From the NCBI GenBank assembly GCA_039189765.1, contig JBCCYL010000002.1:32001-96000 (forward strand): a DNA stretch of 64,000 bases. Reading direction: 5' to 3'. The translations under genes and the position numbers were made by a program. Below, piece by piece: positions 60,239 through 64,000 of this stretch (its first letter is position 1; each line of letters starts with the position of its first letter). The notes below the pieces were generated by a model, which saw only the letters and a list, made by a program, of their open reading frames with translations, ran no database searches and was not told where the DNA came from. Source of the DNA: Cyanobacteria bacterium P01_F01_bin.150 (GTDB lineage: Bacteria > Cyanobacteriota > Cyanobacteriia > CAKZMO01).

Positions 60239-61078
60239 CTAGCGGCTGACAATTCCAGACCACTGCACCTTTTTAAGACGTTCCCTCCGATAGGAGAAAA
60301 AGTGTTCAGGGGTCTGAAAGGTACAGTAGGGCGCGATCGCTACCTGTCCCTCAGTCATCCCCAACGATTCAAGCTGTAATTGATTGACCCGACGTACGTC
60401 CAACCGTGCCCGACCCTCTTGGTTATCCTCTAAGACTGGCGGATTACGGATAGCTTGCACTTGAATCAGAATATGATCCACATCAGTATCGGTAAGCGAA
60501 TCTTGGACAAGACGATTAGACAAAACCGTCTGGCTGACCTGAGCTGCAACAGTGGTGGAGACCTGGTATACCTCACCGTCAATTGCGGGTCCCAATGCTA
60601 CCCGGATATCTTGAATCTGACTGCCTTGCTGCTGCATTTGACGAATCGCCACTGGAATAATCTGTTGGGCCGTGCCGCGCCAGCCCGCATGGACTGCTGA
60701 TACGGCTCCTGTCTTAACATCAGCAATTAACGCAGGGGTGCAGTCTGCGGACGCGACCCATAGGGCTTGTCCCGCTTTTTCAGACATTAGCCCATCAGCA
60801 TTTGGAAACGGAAACTGTTCATCTTGCTGTTGACGTTGTTGTTGATAATGGTCAACAGCAGTGGGGGTTAAAACACAGTTGCCGTGGACTTGTTTGACCC
60901 GATAGGCCGTGGCGCTAGGATCGAGATCCGGAGTAATTTCGGCAGGGGGAGAAGGCCACCAGGCATGGGTAAAAAAGCCATGGTTCCAGGGAGCTAGTAA
61001 ATCACAGGTTAAATAGGCGCGTTGACTTGTCTGTGCAGAGCCCGCATCGCCTGCTTTTTTCCACGTCCAGGTATGCAT
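60239..61078 (-). CDS. pgeF: PgeF/YfiH family protein
   Basis: QVHG, ADCTPALI, VHAGWRG, LGPAI, FFSYRR. Confidence 0.9.
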   Translation of the reverse strand: MHTWTWKKAGDAGSAQTSQRAYLTCDLLAPWNHGFFTHAWWPSPPAEITPDLDPSATAYRVKQVHGNCVLTPTAVDHYQQQRQQQDEQFPFPNADGLMSEKAGQALWVASADCTPALIADVKTGAVSAVHAGWRGTAQQIIPVAIRQMQQQGSQIQDIRVALGPAIDGEVYQVSTTVAAQVSQTVLSNRLVQDSLTDTDVDHILIQVQAIRNPPVLEDNQEGRARLDVRRVNQLQLESLGMTEGQVAIAPYCTFQTPEHFFSYRRERLKKVQWSGIVSR

Positions 61079-61192
61079 GAATATGATTTAGTGAGAGAAT
61101 TGGCGAGATAGTCGAATAAGTTGTTCCATCTGTTCTGGGGCGATTATAGCGATTAGCGTCTGTTCTTTCGAACTCATTCTTTATCTACCTCC

Positions 61193-62179
61193 ATGGTTCT
61201 CTCTTCCCATTGGACGACTCTCGCAACATTTCAAATTCAAGAGTACTTGGAGCAATTAGCTAAAGGTCATGCTTTACAAACTTCTTTTAGCGGTTCTCCT
61301 GAGGAAGACATTTACACTTACGCTAAATATTCATCCTTTTTGCCGACCTCCGATATTTATATTTACGATGAATTAATCTCAACCAATCAAACTTTGTGGG
61401 AATTAATCCAGCAGGGGGCAAAGGCAGGAACAGTGGCGATCGCCCATCAACAATCGGCGGGGAAGGGCCAGTGGGGACGGCAATGGGATTCATCGCTTGG
61501 AGGTCTGTATTTATCGCTTGCCCTAGAGCCTAATCTGCCTGTTCAGCAGTCACCCCATTTAATTCTAAGTACTGTGTGTGGAATAGCCTTAGCACTCCAC
61601 TCCTGTCAACTGCCTGTTGCAATCAAGTGGCCCAATGATCTGGTAGTGGAAATGCCATTGGGGTCTTCATCTTCACTGTATAAATTAGGCGGTATTCTCA
61701 CTGAGACTCACATTAACGATCAAACCATTAATCAGGCGGTTATTGGAATTGGCCTGAATGGAGCAAATCCTGTCCCCGATCCTGGTATCAATTTAATCGA
61801 CCTATGGTCTAAGCTTAGGGGCAATCGACCGCAGCCTCCTCTATTAAATAGTTTGAATGGACTAGCGGCGATCGCCATCTACGGTATTTGTTTTGGTTGG
61901 CACAAATTGCAGAAGGAAGGTATTGGGGCGATTTTGCGTGATTATAACCAACTGCTAGTTTATCGCAATCGCCTAGTTCAAATTGAATGGCAAAGACATT
62001 TGCAATGGGTTCGCATTTTGGGTGTGACAGAAGCAGGATATCTGAGAGTGCGACCCGAAAATGCAGGTAAAAAACTTACAGGAACTTTACCTACTGTCTC
62101 ATCGTCTATAGAGGAAATACAGATCCCTACTGGGACAATTAGGCTTGGATATGACAAGGTTTACAGACGAACAGGCTAG
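61193..62179 (+). CDS. birA: Biotin-[acetyl-CoA carboxylase] ligase
   Basis: STN, QSAGKGQWGRQW, IKWPND, KLGGILTE, GIGLN. Confidence 0.9.
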   Translation: MVLSSHWTTLATFQIQEYLEQLAKGHALQTSFSGSPEEDIYTYAKYSSFLPTSDIYIYDELISTNQTLWELIQQGAKAGTVAIAHQQSAGKGQWGRQWDSSLGGLYLSLALEPNLPVQQSPHLILSTVCGIALALHSCQLPVAIKWPNDLVVEMPLGSSSSLYKLGGILTETHINDQTINQAVIGIGLNGANPVPDPGINLIDLWSKLRGNRPQPPLLNSLNGLAAIAIYGICFGWHKLQKEGIGAILRDYNQLLVYRNRLVQIEWQRHLQWVRILGVTEAGYLRVRPENAGKKLTGTLPTVSSSIEEIQIPTGTIRLGYDKVYRRTG

Positions 62180-62825
62180 ATCTTGACTTACTGTCGGTAT
62201 CTTCTCTGATTATTACGGGTAGCTCTTGTTCATTACTTTACACTTCATTCTCGATTGGGAATCCTTTCGTAAATTTTTCGAGAATTCCTGTCCGTCAAGG
62301 GTGTAAATCTGCGTAAGCAACGATTTAATTATGTACAGTGTTGATATTCGCTCGTTGCACTGTGTTTTGCGACGTGGAGTAGCCAACCGTACGCCCTCAA
62401 CATGCTTTGTAAGTATGTGTAATGAAGTATCTGAAAACTTTTAGTTGATAGGAAGTTTGGTCAAAACAAGGTTAAATTCAGCACAATCTAAACCTAGTAA
62501 GAGTTATGACCGGGCTTTCAGATACTCTCTAATGATTTCCCCCAATTAATTAAATGCGGTGCAGTAGTGAGAACTGAGATAATAACGTGCTAGATCTAAC
62601 GTTTGAATGCTGGGAAAAGTATTGAAAAGATTATCATCAGATATTCCTAATTTTTATTGAATAGGTGCAAGTCATCTAACTGATAAATATGCTTTTTTTC
62701 CGGGACATCATTTAAGTCGTAATCAGGGACATCGGCGACATTAACAAAACGTAGGGTGCAAGCTCTCAACAGATTTCTCAGAGTTTAGGTGAAAAAATCA
62801 TTTAATACGTTTTAGTGCGACCGCT

Positions 62826-63398
62826 ATGTCAATAGTTAAAAATAATCTTTCAGATGAAGGTATGCTGTGCTTTCTTAAGCGCAACCCATCTTTATCCTCT
62901 GCTCTGTTTGCGGACTGTTCCCATGATATTCAAGAGGTAACTACCATCATCGAGCCTGTGCTAAAGGCTCCTGAACGATGTCAAGCTGCGTCTTGTTATA
63001 TCCAAGCTGTTTCTTTGGGTGCAACCGGTTTTTTGGCAACAAATTTGCATACTCAGGAAAAGAAAAAAGATAATATTGCTGCCACTGAAACGGCATCTAG
63101 TTGGCTTATTGGTAGAGGATCAACCTGTATATTGAATATGCCAGATAGTTCTGTTTCTCGTTGTCATGCCGTCATCAGCCACCATGCGTACATAGGCTTT
63201 TTCCTAACTGATGTTGGCAGTACTAATGGAACCTGGGTGAATGGAGAAAAGCTAAAGCCTCGACATCGTCATACTCTACAGGATGGAGACTTGTTACGCT
63301 TTGGCAGTCTAAAAATTGAGTTGTTTATCAGCGATCGCCAACAGAGGACTCAGCGACCTGGTAATGCAATTTCCTGTCTAACGACAACACCAGGATAA
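62826..63398 (+). CDS. FHA domain protein
   Basis: IGRG...VSRCHA...DVGSTNGTWVNG...LQDGD. Confidence 0.88.
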   Translation: MSIVKNNLSDEGMLCFLKRNPSLSSALFADCSHDIQEVTTIIEPVLKAPERCQAASCYIQAVSLGATGFLATNLHTQEKKKDNIAATETASSWLIGRGSTCILNMPDSSVSRCHAVISHHAYIGFFLTDVGSTNGTWVNGEKLKPRHRHTLQDGDLLRFGSLKIELFISDRQQRTQRPGNAISCLTTTPG

Positions 63399-63491
63399 TA
63401 AGTAATTGGACACAATTAATTTAATGAAAGTTGAGATATGCGCCCCTCCGGGGCGCATATCTCAATAAAAATAATTTTGTCTAGGTGCTTA
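63399..63491. mobile_element. MITE-like element with imperfect ~25-bp terminal inverted repeats and a central perfect hairpin
   Basis: taagtaattggacacaattaattta versus the reverse complement of the right end, taagcacctagacaaaattattttt; 16-bp stem at 63431-63465. Confidence 0.55.
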
Positions 63492-63549
63492 GTCTGAAGT
63501 GAGATTAGAGTTAGGCCCCAGAATTCTTTAGAAATCCTGAGGCCTAACT

Positions 63550-64000
63550 CTAGTTGCTATCAGTGGTAAAACTTTGTGATGCACTACCCCCATTAGACGA
63601 CGGTGGAGGATTAGATGATGGCGACGATGGTGGTTTATCGTACCCCATTAATTCGGTAGTGGATTCTGTCAGCGCTTTTGGATCCATAAAGACAATCTTG
63701 GCGTTGTTGCTTTGCCCAAGTTGGTAATTGGCATCTACATAGCGCTGTGCGACCAGATAGCGCAATACATCTTGAGCATTTACCGCTTGCCCTCCTAAGC
63801 TGGCACCTAATTGCTCTGCAATCAGACGAGCGGACTCCACCGTTCCTTCTGCTTCTTCAATGGCAGCCTGGCGCCGTCCTTCTGCCTCCAAAATTGCCGC
63901 TCGTTTTTTACTCTCAGCAGCCCGCTCTTGCTCAAGTGAATCCCGTAGAGTTTGGGGGAGGTCAATATTTTGAACTTCCACACGGGTTACTTTTACGCCC
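63550..64000 (-). CDS. SPFH/band 7 (stomatin-like) protein, 5' end outside the window
   Basis: GVKVTRVEVQNI...EQERAAESKKRAAILEAEG...YLVAQRYVDA...SNNAKIVFMDP. Confidence 0.85.
   Translation of the reverse strand, partial: GVKVTRVEVQNIDLPQTLRDSLEQERAAESKKRAAILEAEGRRQAAIEEAEGTVESARLIAEQLGASLGGQAVNAQDVLRYLVAQRYVDANYQLGQSNNAKIVFMDPKALTESTTELMGYDKPPSSPSSNPPPSSNGGSASQSFTTDSN

Noticed and set aside
1..64000. Frequent GCGATCGC octamers; tRNA or rRNA genes
   Set aside because: HIP1 is a normal cyanobacterial feature; no tRNA or rRNA was recognised by eye

Overview
Cyanobacterial chromosomal window (frequent HIP1 GCGATCGC, XisI, Uma2 genes, STRR-type short repeats, cyanobacterial-type rpoD). The first ~8.3 kb holds a complete diversity-generating retroelement (DGR) on the minus strand, in the order Ser/Thr kinase-FGE/CLec gene, Pepco-like small gene, caspase-FGE/CLec target gene, avd, reverse transcriptase, template repeat (TR), structured post-TR spacer. 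TR (1521-1642) and the variable region of the caspase gene (3579-3700) differ at 11 of 122 positions, all at TR adenines. The kinase gene carries a second VR-like segment that differs from this TR at both adenine and non-adenine sites, although its flank is 97% identical to the caspase gene, which suggests a different or former template. Four copies of a 65-bp element (15-bp inverted arms, fixed 35-nt spacer) punctuate the locus. The rest of the window has an M48 peptidase / CHAT / giant TpsA-like exoprotein cluster, housekeeping genes (rlmB, mini-RNase III, a STAS gene with a probable ATT start, ABC transporter, GGDEF, sigA, birA, pgeF), a TetR-thioredoxin-peroxiredoxin redox operon with a candidate operator pair, Uma2 genes plus a Uma2 pseudogene, and an ATPase + giant NACHT-TPR (NLR-like) gene pair. 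All alignments were done by eye and family names come from motif recognition, not database searches.
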